A stretch of 64,000 bases of DNA. Origin: Schizochytrium sp. TIO01. Its lineage: Eukaryota > Protista > Bigyra: Labyrinthulomycetes. The notes under the pieces were generated by a model, which was not told where the DNA came from, did no database searches, and saw only the letters and a program-made list of their open reading frames with translations. Below, one piece after another: positions 12,601 through 24,759 of the stretch. The translations under genes were made by a program, and so were the position numbers. Location: contig SMSO01000033.1 in assembly GCA_004764695.1 (NCBI GenBank), forward strand, positions 2,232,001 through 2,296,000, written 5' to 3'. Position 1 is the first letter of the stretch. The number at the start of each line of letters is the position of its first letter.

Positions 12601-13070
12601 TCGCTTCTAACCGTGAGGCCGGCACTTCCCTCAACAAGTGGCTTGACATGTGTGTATCCAGCATTCAGAACGAGGGCATCGAGTCCATGGTTGCTGAGTA
12701 TGGTGATGGTACTAGCTCGTCCACCGCCAACGCATACTGTGCCAGCTCTGTCTCTGCTTACGGTAAGCAAGCTGATGCTGACCCCTGCATGCCTGGTATG
12801 ACTGTCGAGTACTACGACACTGACAGCAGTGCCTGGACTGAGGCCTTCTTCATTCCTTACAACCTCCCCCCCTGCGATGGCAAGCTCGATATCAGTGCCA
12901 AGGGCAACATGAAGCTCTTCACCAGCCAGCTCCGCTTCAAGCAGTGCTTGCTGGACACCACCGACTGCCCTGTTGACATGCATGAGGACCTTTACTGCTC
13001 GGCTGCCCAGGGCTTCACCGTCTCCTACATGTACTCTTACAACACGGACATCTGCCCGACCAGCGCCTAA
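9666..13070 (+). CDS. Secreted Cys-rich protein A (1134 aa) with two tandem ~550-aa units, each containing a VWD-like domain
   Basis: Long intronless ATG ORF with strong C-ending codon bias. Signal-peptide-like N-terminus (KMWRTAAVIVALVGASSQIASG). Motifs CKCIGDPDCTAFDG (aa ~127) and CAAWGDPFISAFDG (aa ~678) match the VWD N-terminal signature C-x-x-x-GDPH-x-x-TFDG. No C-terminal TM/GPI-like segment. A paralog lies at 24760. Confidence 0.9.
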   Translation: MAMTNMIKMWRTAAVIVALVGASSQIASGQSSCEAGLSQTLVQNNARCDYQGVPTLPSTLDTCCGLSSSSDVTDSSDGVCRDIHTDKAFCADDDCSDLGEGDELILYLTMNQTTSDETCCRTCKCIGDPDCTAFDGSHASWVLCDGRKIKNCKMGKKVCLSQVDHLGNQCQWLKGTDSWSNFLESGSPCQPNFELSGYPTMQMYKRGDFELNLTLGERGIIREIVVTSGAGDLYTMTADDCFEYDPRTHTTANTKKAWTTSKSNIPSTWSVSTPNDVEITWRIADSTAGVVIDATCTHATNASSNRFDIDSLYLVGEETDDESGYCSTGVIDRGLASVKLSGDDDYKFQQKCLAVNLPELLTTCKAVVGLECTPHSLNTYIKYWCDNASLDDTDVDGDSDLCYTNLATKGSTADRAELWVKYLCQLNHVNDVDSCMSLVSQFGWVEFLNKYSNGLSDTTATGSSATTTCVSNVSSYSVLEGDDATCALGIFVEYELTTDNWVQAFFIPQNQPPCNDELVINGAEQANLFLYPIRFRQCSLAESCLQDTGCAPTAGFDVQLTFSSTVCPLRGEGECFDTQCQLDETTSSSPQEICGTVPTSPLDVGSCESCCTTDVLLGSDLESERCRTLLTQVPFCDTETESSLCSSLATSAGNGTLTIEVELNTTDMNCCKNCAAWGDPFISAFDGTKTKWINCDGRNANCAVKEDVCITQKDQAGNTCVYNADIAALIQTGSDIGAYGSPCQSNVTLSGDATLEMYKIDGLTISITNGERSVITMLTITNADDTFHLDSAKCFDSDPYDAWSADDGTDIEGGSSLTTSFEDTDSSNQKRWTIVDVNTGVFLKVVCIRMTSKSGFVGGYRMNIENLIDTEPQREDGEGFCVSGVIDTGLATINENGNTCQENTESLLLFCQTVGIGTCQYSTLAKVVDAWCDEAANIYTSSSDSSKACYKYINPTTSRISKNKASILNNWQELYCTAIASNREAGTSLNKWLDMCVSSIQNEGIESMVAEYGDGTSSSTANAYCASSVSAYGKQADADPCMPGMTVEYYDTDSSAWTEAFFIPYNLPPCDGKLDISAKGNMKLFTSQLRFKQCLLDTTDCPVDMHEDLYCSAAQGFTVSYMYSYNTDICPTSA

Positions 13071-16000
13071 GTTTTCGAATCTTGCAGAGTACGTTGATTT
13101 CATCTTCATCGCCTTTGTGATGCTGAGTTGAGGTCATCTGCTGCAGAATTTGAAATCATGACCTTGCTCAATCTCGTCAGCGGCGCGTCTTAAGCCTGGG
13201 AACTTTAGTTTTCTCCCTTGGCTCGGTGTTGTTGTGCTTTGAGTTAGGATATGCCACAGTAGTCTCGATTGGTTTCTCAACCTCGAATCCCTTTCAGTCT
13301 TTGGAGGGTAGGTGCGATGTTCTAAGAGTATGCACCTGTGCTTGTTTCAAGTGGACAGTTTCTTTTTATTACCGATTCTTTTCTCCCCAAGATGGTGTGG
13401 ATTGCTCTTTTCACAATCTTTAGCTGTATCTGGTGAAGCTAAATTGAATCTAACATCTGGCCCTCTAATGCCTATGTTTCGACCTTATCAGAAAATCCTG
13501 GATGTGAAGATGGATCTCAGCCGAAGCCACCGTGTAATAGTATCCTGACATCGATCCTGACTTCTTCTTTACATCTGTTGACTGCATACCCTGTTGTGCG
13601 TCTGACCTCCTGATATTCCTGTCGATGTGCCTGATGTGCAATTTCGCTTGCTGGAATTTTTTACCACCAGTGGTCACAGCAAAAACCTAAATACGGAGAA
13701 TCCCACCCTCTTTTTGAAATAGTTGAAAAGCGTCGCTGCCAGCCTACACGTGCAAGCCTCGACTATAACAAGCTCAACTTCCTCGCATCGCCAACCCCTA
13801 AACTCAATGAGATAATCGAGCACATGCTCAAAAGGATAACTCAATTACCATAGGATTATATGTCATATCACCAGTCTCTCTTTCCAGACCTCTTGAAAAA
13901 ATTCTTGATCTTTCTTCGGAAATGTTTTCCCTACGACTTGTAAAACCTAAACCTTAAAATCAATATAACTTTCTTCCTCTGAGGCGTTCTGTAGTGACAC
14001 GCTTGAGTCTCTTCTATACCCTACAAAATGCTCGCTAGTATAGCTTGTGAAGTTTAACCTTTGCAACCTTCGATAGCAAGTGACACAAAAAATCAACGCT
14101 GGTGCAGTTTATTGGCTCGATCCTCCCTTTCGATGTTTTTGCTGGTATGAGCACACGACCGCAACACAATTACCATCAAATATTGAAATGAAAAAACAAG
14201 ATTATCCTGTTCACTCCACCATCTGGGATCAAATCAGCAACTTTGCGCATTAGGGAGCCTCCATTCTTTTGCACACATGATCTTCTGTTCACACAACGAT
14301 ACTTGAAAAAGATCGTTTTGCAAGGTACAGCAACAACGGGACATTGATAATGAGTCCTACTGATTAATCCTTCTCAGAGCACAACTTTATATACTCCCAC
14401 AGCTACAGATGGAACTTTGATATTCGACCTCAGTGGGAGACACTCGTGCTAGGAGGTAAAAAAACACACCACACATCTCCAAATTGTTTAGTGCACGCGC
14501 ACACTGTGGTGTCAAAAGCATATATATATAAGAAAATTATCCTCCTCTTGCTCCACTGGACCATTCTTTTTCATATTCCAATCCGGTCGAGACATATTCA
14601 AGGGGTCTCAGTAATACGCACTGTCCTCTGTTCCAGCTGTTCTGTTCCAATTGTTCTGCTGCATGTCTCTGTTCTATGTTCTTCTGACCCTTCGGGAACG
14701 TGGTACAGAATCGTTCATGCGCTGTCTCAGCGAAGATGTCAGGCTTGATTAGAGCGAAGACTTTGAATGCCTTTAAGGCGGATCAATGTGAACTGGGTTC
14801 CAAGCCAAGGATACCTTCTCACTTGTGAAGCCTAGGGTTAGACTATGAATGGTCTTCGCAGCTACGAAGCCAACACCTTATCCTGGGCGTGGAGGTTCTA
14901 CGCTAACTGAGCAGTATAATATTACGTCAGGCTCTCATCATAAATTGGTGTATTGCACTACAGTCTAACCGAGCTGGACCTAGTTGCATAAGCGACGAAA
15001 GCTGATGCACAGCTAACTTCGCTTCCCTGGCCGAATGCATGCAGCCGAGAGAGCGTATTGCGATGCCAAACTTCGTTTCATAGGGCTCCATAAGCTGGGG
15101 CAATACATTTGGGCTAGTGAGTTAGACTGGCATCAAAGCAGACCGAAACAAACAAGCCAGCCAATCAACTCCTCGCCTAATCAAAGACAATCTGCCTCAG
15201 TCAATCACGATTGAAAGGCCGGTCTTCTGTTCGTGTGTCAAAGGAGTTCTCCAGGCAGATTAGCGCTGACCAAGGGCACTTTAAGGAGCTAGTCCCTCCT
15301 ATCAATCAACCAATCAATCAATCAACCAATCCACCAATCAATCAATTGATATCTCTCTCTATCGGTTTGGTCAAATCCAAGGCCAAGAAACCAAACAGCA
15401 AATAGTCTGCGCCCTCTTCCTTTGAGGATACCATATGTGCCATGGCCGCAGCAGCGTCTCTGAACCGTGGACCATTTTGTGAACTAAGAGGGATGGCAGT
15501 GCTAAGCTCTTCCGGCAGAGGTGATTTTTAATTGTGCAAAGCCAGAGGTTCGCCGCATGAAGCCGAAGGAATCGGCAGGAAACCGGCGCCTCTCTTGTCC
15601 TATTGGCAGAGGGCTCAACCAATCATGCAGAAATGGAATGCCAACAAGATTTAATTCCATAATTAGAGAGCCCCAAGAGAAGTTCTTTCTTCTTGTTAGA
15701 TGAAGGCGATACTTAGACTTTACCGTAATTGGCAATTACTGATTCCGCGAGACTTCGCTGTACGGCCATTTCTTTCTTGTGACTATTCTTTTCAAAGTGT
15801 TTTTATTCTTACTTTCATTTTGTTTAATATAAAAATTAAATTTTAAAAATGGAAATACTTGTAAGAAATAGGAAGTTGAAGGAAAAGTAAGGTTAAGAAA
15901 AGAGCGATGAGTTTCCAAGTTTCCAATGGATGAACCTTTTGAAACTTACATACGGAGTAACTCTAATGGATACGTTATGGTTCAGACGGTTTCATAAATA

Positions 16001-19000
16001 TGCAAAGTACCTGGTTATCTCAACCAGGGAAGGGTAGCTTTTGGTTCTGAAGGGAATCAGAAAGCTGAAGAAGTTGCATACTTTTGATGGTGCAAAAGAC
16101 TTAAGAATGACTTTCTGAAATCTGTATCATCTTACTTTTGTTTGGGTAATAGGAACATTCTATTAGAAGATACTCTGTGGTGCCTCAACTTTGGTTGTTT
16201 CCTTTTTAGATACTAGAATGGTTGGACCATTGCTCCATTAGTTAGCGTTGGGGAGACTGCATGTTCAGAATCGACGAATCACTTTCATTTCTTTGCTATA
16301 GTTCAATGGTCACTGATCGTTGATGATTTGGCTAAACAAGAGCTCAAAAGACAGATCATCTAAACTCATGTAGAGAAATGACCTCGATCTTCATACACAA
16401 AACCTATCAGCATAAACCAACCAAAACAAATGAAACTTAAGCAAAGAATCAGACAATGTATACATATTATTTTTCTCTAATAGCCCTACTGTTTAAAGTA
16501 TTTGTTGACTTTGCACCAAGGTCAGTTGTAGCCCTCATTTGCCTGATCAAGAGTATGCGATGTGAAATCTAAACTCAAAATTCCTCAATTTATGTGTTCT
16601 CTTTCAGTTACGAGGCGAGGGCACTGAAGAGATAGATAACCCTTCAGGAATCGAATGATTTCATTGAGCTGGCTTTGGTACCATAATAGATGTATACGGT
16701 GAGTATATTCATGGTTCAGTAGCCGAGGGCTCCAAAATCATGTTCACCTTGCCTCATAAGCTGCTGAGCAAGGAGCCCAGGGCCAATGAATCACTGCGAT
16801 TGCCAAACATTTGGTGTGACTTCCTATGAGACAGTCGTGTCGTAGCTCGTTATTCATTAGCCCTGGCAATGACTCCTTGTCCCATCTTACGTGGGTGTCG
16901 GCTTAACGGACGAGCGTGGCGTACGTTGAGATGCAACGCCATGAGAACAGAATGTTCTTTCGGTTGCAACCGCCACAAGTATCAATGAGCCTGCCGCAGT
17001 GAGCAGGAGTGATGGGTCCTTCGTGGCGTGATGGACATATTTCGCAAGGCTGGAGTCTCGGCGGGTTTCTCTGAGCGGTTCTTGTCACTGGTCTTTGTTG
17101 GATTTGCCCCTGATTCTGAGCTGACTCCACTGAGCAGTGCTGCTGGTTCGTGATAAGGAACAGATGCAAGTACCCATCCAAGTCCCCTGCGAGAAGATGC
17201 AGTCAGAATCAGTGGGCCGTACACGTGGTCAGCATAAACGCAGGCACAGACCAAGCGCACGTATTGCGAGCACGGCAACAGCCCTTATGGGACGAGAGAT
17301 GCGTCCAAAGGTATTTTGCAAAGTCCCACGAAAAAGGTCAAAAGCACAGAATGCAATAGACAGTTGTTTTTTATTTTTTTCATTTTTTTTCTTTTTAAAG
17401 GAAAATCTCAGAAGAAAAAAAGAAAGAAAGAAAGAAAGAAAAAAAAAAAAGAAGGAAAAAGCATGTGCCAGACTAAACAAACAGGTGACAGGGAAAAAAA
17501 TAAATAAAAATAAACAAAAAATATCGTTATTTCTTTACGCGAAAAGATTCTTCAAGCCCCGAAATCTTCTGCTGCAGCTCCTAATCAGGGGGAAGTGCGA
17601 TCCAGCAAGCACGTGGATGAGGCCCACGCCGCCTACGAACTTTGGAGAGTTCGGGCCTCATCGTTACAATCCCAGAACTTATCTTTAACAAGGGATGTTT
17701 TCAACGTTTGGCGGCGCCGTTTTTCGAGCGTGAACCTCATGAGCTCCATGAGCACGACGAACCCGCCGCTCTTTTGCTCGAGTCTTTCTCGAAAATGGTC
17801 GCTAGTGATTCTGACTAGCAGCGATACAGTGTGCGCTTTAAGGGATACTAGTAGTACCTCCCTAACCTGGCTGTGAGAATTTGATGAGTGGTAATACTAA
17901 CTAAAACCAATGCTTGAATAAAACTACTTTTGTAAAAACGTTTTGTTTTCTTCTTTAATTATATATATATATATAGATATTTAATCAAAAAAAGATAAAA
18001 AGATAAAATTCAATCTTTAGAAATTAAGTATTGACAGGCCATCGAGATTGCTGCCATAACGTTGAGAATGCTCTCGAAGTACATCCCCTGACAGGGACTT
18101 TCTTTGCATCCGAGTGACGATAGTTGGGACAGTCTGAAGGGCCGCTCAGTCTCTGATTTTCTTGGGGCTCGAAAATAAATCTATGAAGATTTCTCCAGCT
18201 TTTTGGAATCATCTTCAGTTCCATTCCACGGCGGCCATGGCCGTGACGTTCATCCACCAGGCCTGCTGGGAGCCCAGGCTCTCGCTCAGGGAAGTTATAC
18301 TTTAGCACACCAAGAACACAGGAAGGAATATATCTACTAATTTCTCTCAAAGGCCCAATTGAATACTAGGGTACCGTCCCTTTCGAATAGCATCCCAAAG
18401 TTTGTGGCATTCGCTTCTTCATAATCGTGAGGGTGCGAAAGACAACGAGGGGCGCAAATACGATGGCGACTTCGATTCAAAACGACGAATCGTTATGGTG
18501 AAAGTGAAGAAGAGCATTCGGACAGTCTCAAAGATTATGGAGCACGTCTAATAGCCGAATTTCGTTCGTGAAATTGGCTCGCGAACAAGATGTCCGAACC
18601 AGCCGTGGTGAACGGCACTTGGGAGTTCCTTTCTGGGCCAACTCGATGAGGAAAACCAAGACCGCTCCTGTCGTTTAGCTTGGAATCTACAATAGTCTGG
18701 TGACGCCAAATTCAAGATTAACAAACCATTCTGAGCTCTGCTCTCGCGTACATCCCCAACGAAGATTCATAGCAGCCTTACAAATTTCATACCTAGCTCT
18801 AGAGAGCGGCAGAGACAATACAATCTACCTGATCTAATCTCTGCATTCCATCTCTTCCACATTAGCTACCAACCACTCGAATTGCAAAGCCAACTTTCAA
18901 GTTGGAATCGGCGGCACTGATTGATCATTTGCAAAAACAAGGGTGCACACCCCCTTCCGCCTTCCCTCCCTAATCAATAGATAGAGGGACTGGCGAGAAT

Positions 19001-19799
19001 ATCAAAAACCTAAACAGCGACGTTTTCCCCTCTGCTAATCTGCCTCCATTGGCCTTAAGCTGGCCCCAAAAGAAGGGAAGACGGCTCGCGCTCGCTCATT
19101 TCTAACCACTGATTAAACTGGTACTTCGCAACGTCCGGAGCCAACACGATCGCTCGTGCAAGTTCGCGAACTGCGTCGTCGCGGGGACTTTGAGCCGGAG
19201 CCGCAGTCGAAGAGATGAAGGCAAACTCCTTCGTCTCTTCGCCGGGTTGACCCTGAGCTAGGATACCGGCGATTGGTACGCACCAATCAACAGGCCTGAG
19301 GCAGGATTATGGCATCGCCCTTGAAGACGGCGACGTCGAACTTCTTCATTTGCCTCTGTTTGCGTAACTAAACTAAACTAAACTAAACTAAACTATTTAA
19401 CTAAAATAAATCAACTTACTCATGTGTAGGAAAATTTTACAAAATGTTGTTATTGATTACAAAGGCTCCTGTGAGGGTGAAGAGTGGAACAAAAGTCTTT
19501 AGCGAGTTGTTGAAAAGTGAGCAGTGCTTCTGAAAAGAGACGGCCGAGGCAGCGAAGAGATGATCGACGGAGACCTCCACTCGCAGCAGGGCTGGAGCAG
19601 GTCTGGGTCGGCTCGCCACGACCAAAGGAAGTACCAGCGACTCCTCAATCAAGGCAAGCGAGAGCGCCAGACAGACAGACCCTCACGTTCTCAGCGCTTC
19701 TTTGGGACCTCATTCCGTGAGGAAAGGCTGCATGTGACCTTCAGATCTTCGCAAATCGAACTAGTAGAAAGAAAGAATGAAAGAAAAAATGAATGAATG

Positions 19800-19896
19800 A
19801 ATGAACTTTAATGAACTTCAATGAACTTCAATGAACTTCAATGAGCTTCAATGAGCTTAATGAACTTCAATGAACTTTAATGAATGAACTTCAATG
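19800..19896. repeat. Decamer minisatellite (AATGAACTTC)n, ~9 imperfect copies
   Basis: aatgaacttt aatgaacttc aatgaacttc aatgaacttc aatgagcttc... is visible directly, embedded between (GAAT)n and (GAAA)n tracts. Confidence 0.9.
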
Positions 19897-20623
19897 AAAG
19901 AAAGAAAGAAAGAAATAGTAGATAGATAAATAGAAAAATAGATAGATCCCCGTGGATGCCGCTGTCCGTAGGAGCCACGTGGGCGGCAGAGGGCGCAGAA
20001 GCAGGTCCCTGGCGCTAGATGTAGGCCTCGCCTGGGCCCCGAGGGCGGCCTCAGGGCACTAACATCAGGCCCGAACAGGCACGGGCATCGCGGCCACGGT
20101 CGATAAAACCCTGGTCCACATCGATCGTGATCAACCATCGCACTTATTCTTCGATGGAGGCACCGGAAGACCAGAAAACCACTCGGCGAGGGGCCCTCCT
20201 ATGCTTAACCATAGCACTCCCGCTCTGCGCTAGCCAGCCAGGGAAGTTGAAAGGAAACGCAGGAGAAGGAAATAGATTTATAGATTTATAGATTTATAGA
20301 TTTACTGATTGATATATTGATTGATCTGCGAAGAGAAGTCGATTCGGCGTTCTCGCTTGGGCCATAGAGGAGTCTGTGAAGCGGCCATGAATTCGAGGGC
20401 GGAGTGCATAGGCATCATGGTGAGAGCCCTTCCCTCTGGTGGCGCTGCTGTGGAGGAGGGGGCGAGAGAGAGCGAGAGGGAATGAACGCGATGGCTGGAG
20501 ACGCACGTTTGCTAATTTGGAGGGCTCACTGACTGACTGATTGGAAGGGAGGCTCGTCCTTTCCTTTGTTTTGCTTACTCGGCCTTTTCCCCCTCTAACT
20601 AACTGACGTGTCACTCACTTTTT

Positions 20624-20664
<41 letters not shown>

Positions 20665-23600
20665 GCGAGGCTTTTTCTTTAGGTTTAGGGACTTTTTCAA
20701 ATGAAGGGTTTGTTTTCTCGAGGAGATGGTTTTTTTAAAATATTTGTTTTTTAAACTCTGGATTTTTTTAAAGATTTTTTAGCTTTCAAAAATGAAGTTA
20801 GTGATGATTACTAGTTTTGTAGGAGTAAAAAGGCTTTTTACAAACCTTAGAAAAACAAAATGGCGCCACGTTTCAGTCACATCCTTACTAAAGAGACTGG
20901 TATCATGAGTCTCTTCCGACACTGCGAAATCCTAATTATTCCGTTCGCGAAAGCTTGATGCGGGATTTTGTTGTGAGGAGCCCCTACCACAGTATGGTGT
21001 AACATGGAAGATAGTTTGAGCAAAAGAAAGGGCGCTGTGGGGGGGACGCGAGGAATCTGCGCTGCGCGAATTGACACAGGTTGGAGACAGGGGCACCTAG
21101 TTATCAGCAAGCGCGGAGGACCTCTTCGCTGGTTCGGAGTATCGGTGAGGAGGCAGTAGTGCGAAAATCAAATCACAAAATTCTGCGTTCAGAGATGCCG
21201 GCCCCTCTTGTTGCTGTAAATAGCGAGCATGACTTTGCAAGGGTTAGACGGCCTGTGCAATTCGTTTCTTTTCGGCCACTGAAAGTTCACGTGCTAGACT
21301 CTTAGAGATTTCGGTACCTACAAAAAAAATGGACTCTACTCAAGAAGACAAGGCTGCTTACGAGGTGGTACTCGTCGCCCTTTTCCGAGGACAGCAACAA
21401 TTGAGGCTGCAGAAAACGTGCTGCTGCTGCAAGGCAAGGCATCGCGTACGGCTAAAGAGTTGAGATCAATTGAAGCGCGTATGACAGTCCATTGCCTCGT
21501 ACTTCGTAGGTGGAAAGCGACTTTAGCATAGATAACACAGCTGGTTTCACCGAAGCTGCTGCGAACGAGAGACTGCTCCTCGCGTTGGCACCATGGAGCT
21601 TGCTCAGCTGAGAAGGCGCATAGAACATTCTCGCACTCGAAGTCTTCAAGAGCGACACGCAGTGCTAGAAGTCGGTTTGTTCTGCGTCTTGAGAAAAGTG
21701 CGTGCATATATATGCATTGCGTTTCGTGCTGCAGAAGCGGGCAGAGCGCTTTCAAGAGTGCACATCACGTTCCGCCGAAGCACAGGGTAAATTGATGGAT
21801 AGGTCTCGAGTGAAGTGCCGCTCCTCGAGTTGAACTCGAACGCTGCCGTCGCACGGCCAAAATCCACGCGGCATACGCGCGTGATGGATGGGCAGCATGG
21901 CTACCACGAGCATTAGCCTTCAAGAAACTAGCATGCTCGGACTTGATATGATGTTGTTTTAATATAGGGACGGAGCAGGCCTGAGTTAGGAAACCTCGCA
22001 GAGTCTCGGACGGTCTCATGGACGCACGTTTGAAAGGCGGCACGGAAGTGGTTTGGTTATTCATGATGAGCCTTTTTGTTTGGCCGCCAACCTTTGCGAT
22101 GCGATGCGATGCGATGCGATGCGTAGGCTTCCGCGGCTCCGCACTGGAGTTGGTATAGCTAGCTAATTAGCTATCGCAGTATTTAAGAAACAAGATGGAG
22201 AGCCGCATCGAGAAAGTGCAAGGAGTGGGATACCTTTAGAACGAATAACTTCATTCTATTTATTCGATTCTATTCCGTTCCTGGCCTACCTATTGGTTGA
22301 CTTGGTTAGCAGTATTTACTCCTTCTTTACTTTCCTTCTCTACTTATTCATATTAAACTAAAGTAGTAATTTTAATTTTAATTTTAAAATAACAAGAATA
22401 ACAGGAAAATGAACTCATATATATTTATGATTATGATTTTAAAAAAAAGAAAAGTGAAAACGATTTTTCATAAGCCTCAGGAGAAAAACAGCGACGGGAG
22501 ACAATGGAGAATCGAAAGCGAACGGGACCTGCGGATATTCCACAGATGGCACGGTCAACACGCACGCTCTGCCACGCACGCCCGCTCGCTATCGGGGAGC
22601 AAGCGAAAGCCCTCGCAGCGGGAAATCCCAGTCGCCGGCAGCTCCAGCGGAAAAACACGTCCCGCAAAATGCCTGGCCGAGCGCCATCTAGCTAGAAACG
22701 AGACATGCACATAATGAAGCAGCGAATGAATGCGTAAATGAATGCGTAAATGAATGAGTAAATGAATGAATTGATGCATGAATCAATGAATAAATCAATG
22801 GATGAATCGATGAACCAATGAGGAGTGATTCATATGCATTCACTCACTCATGCATGCATGCATGCATGCATACGTGCTTGAAGCCAAGGCGCCGAACTCT
22901 CAGTGCGTATACATTCTTTTTAGAATCAGAGAGTTAGGAGAACAGCGGAGAAGAAAGAAAGAAAGAAAGAAAAAAAAAATCGTCGCTCTCCTCTTTGAAC
23001 AGGAAAGAAAGAGATCGCATCGAACAGACAGACATACATACAGACAGTGAAAATGAAAAAGGCGCAGAGGCGACAGACCCAGTGGAGACAGAGGGAGATG
23101 TGGACAAAGTGGACTACCTTCAAGTAACACCCCTCCTCTGGGGCTCTCCGAGCGCCCTCTCACGAGGTGCGCAGTGGAGTAGGTGGAGTGCGCGCGTAAT
23201 TGTGCAGCCGGTCTCTGTGAGGGAGACCAGAAAGAGTGGCGGCGCAGGGTATGCGAGAGTGGACAGGAGGAGGAGAACAAGAAGAAAGAAGACACGAAGA
23301 AAGAGCGAGACCCGAGACGCTGCGCGGCCTTAGCGCCCCCGATAGGGATAACTTCAGCAGACCTGCGCCAGAGGAGAAAGTGTGAAGAACAAGGAGACAG
23401 CCACGTTGACAGGAAATCTCACTCATTTCTTTGTCTTCAAGTCTGCTCAGGCTAGTTCCTCTCGCTTCTTTTTTCCCCTTTTTTACTATTTTAATTTTAA
23501 AAAAGGAAGAAGAAGAAGAAGAAAAGAAGAAGAAAAAGAAAAAAGATTAAAAAGCTCGTTTGTCTGTATATGTATATATACTTTCTGCTGATTTAGTTTT

Positions 23601-23822
23601 AAAAAAATTCATCGATTGAGTAATGAAGAGCTAGCTTACTTAATTACTGAAAGAGTGCAGAAGTGCTCAACTCAAACAAACGAAGAAAACACCTTGAACT
23701 TGAGGCGCTTCCGTCTCCGGGACTGCGCCAACGGGAGAACGAGGTACCGCTGGAGCCGTGGCGGAGCTTGGCGCCGCGCCGCCGCGGCGGCAACAGCAGA
23801 CCCGCAACTCGAGCTTCGAGCC

Positions 23823-23875
23823 CAACAACAACAGCAACAACTGCAGCAGCAGCGACAACAGCAACAACAACAGGC
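23823..23875. repeat. (CAA/CAG)n trinucleotide tract upstream of protein B
   Basis: caacaacaacagcaacaactgcagcagcagcgacaacagcaacaacaacag is visible directly. Confidence 0.8.
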
Positions 23876-24139
23876 AGCCTGTTTTCAAGAACCAACTTTA
23901 AACTAAAACTGACGCGGTGTGTGCTCCTTCGCCACTCGAAAGAGACGCACATAAAAGAGCGAACGAAGCACGCTCCGAAGACTCCCTTCGCCTAATCAGA
24001 AGAGCGCTCGCTGCCAAGCAAAAGCAGCAGCCCAAGCTCCAGCAGAAAGGGCCGGACGCATCAGAACAAGCAGCAGCAGCAGCACCAGCGAAAAGGTCGC
24101 CTGTCTTGAAAAGCGTCTTGAAGAGTTGATCTCTCGAGA

Positions 24140-24678
24140 TATATATACCCGTCCGTACTCGCTTCTTCAAAGCAGGGAGAGGCACGGGACCCCTGCGGAA
24201 ACGCACAGGATAACCCCCATCGGCGAGAACTTGATAAGGCAGGAAGGGGCATCTTAAGGAAAGTCGTGGACCTGGAGACAGCACGTGCTAGCCAGCGCAG
24301 AGTAAGCCCAAAAGAAAAAGCGCGAAGAGGAAGATTTTGATTTTTGTTTTCTTTTTTGTGAAAACCATCGATTGAAAAGAGGTAATCAGGGAGTTGGAGC
24401 TTGACAGCCCAGCCAGAAGCCCACGAACGAGAGAAGCAGAAGAAGAAGCAGAAGAAGCGGAAGGAGTCAGCCGCGCAGCTCTAGTCTTTGAGGATTGACT
24501 GAGCGAGTGAGCCTCTTTGTTTTTACTTTCCTGCTTACTTTCTTTTTCTTTTTTCTTTTTTCTTTTTCCTTTGAAAGAATCGTGATTGAAAAGAAAAACA
24601 AACCAAAAAACTTTCTTCCAAGGGTGTTGGAAGTTTGCTCATACATTCATTGATTCATTAATTTCACACATTGACTAG
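24140..24678 (+). promoter_or_regulatory. Putative TATA-like box (24140-24147) and 5'-UTR intron of protein B, with acceptor AG at 24677-24678
   Basis: TATATATA is followed by donor-like GTAAGC (~24302), GTAATC (~24382) and GTGAGC (~24507) sites, a polypyrimidine tract at ~24515-24572 and TTGACTAG just upstream of the ATG. The donor cannot be determined from sequence. Confidence 0.3.
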
Positions 24679-24759
24679 AGAAGAACTTTGCCCATTCCTG
24701 GCATAGTGTAGCTCAAGCACGCAGGCAAGCAAGCAAACCCAAAACACTCCCAAGTCAAG

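Noticed and set aside
19800-19896. Decamer array as a heat-shock element cluster or CRISPR-like array
   Set aside because: GAA/TTC spacing is 1 and 3 nt rather than the 2 nt of nGAAn arrays; there are no unique spacers and no cas genes.
20678-20690. TTAGGTTTAGGG and scattered AAACCTAAA/AACCCTAAA motifs (13682, 13793, 13943, 19005) as interstitial telomere
   Set aside because: Only one or two imperfect units each, which is expected by chance in AT-rich DNA.
23616-23906. Poly-Gln ORF upstream of protein B
   Set aside because: Short, non-ATG start, and the Gln run derives from a CAA/CAG microsatellite.
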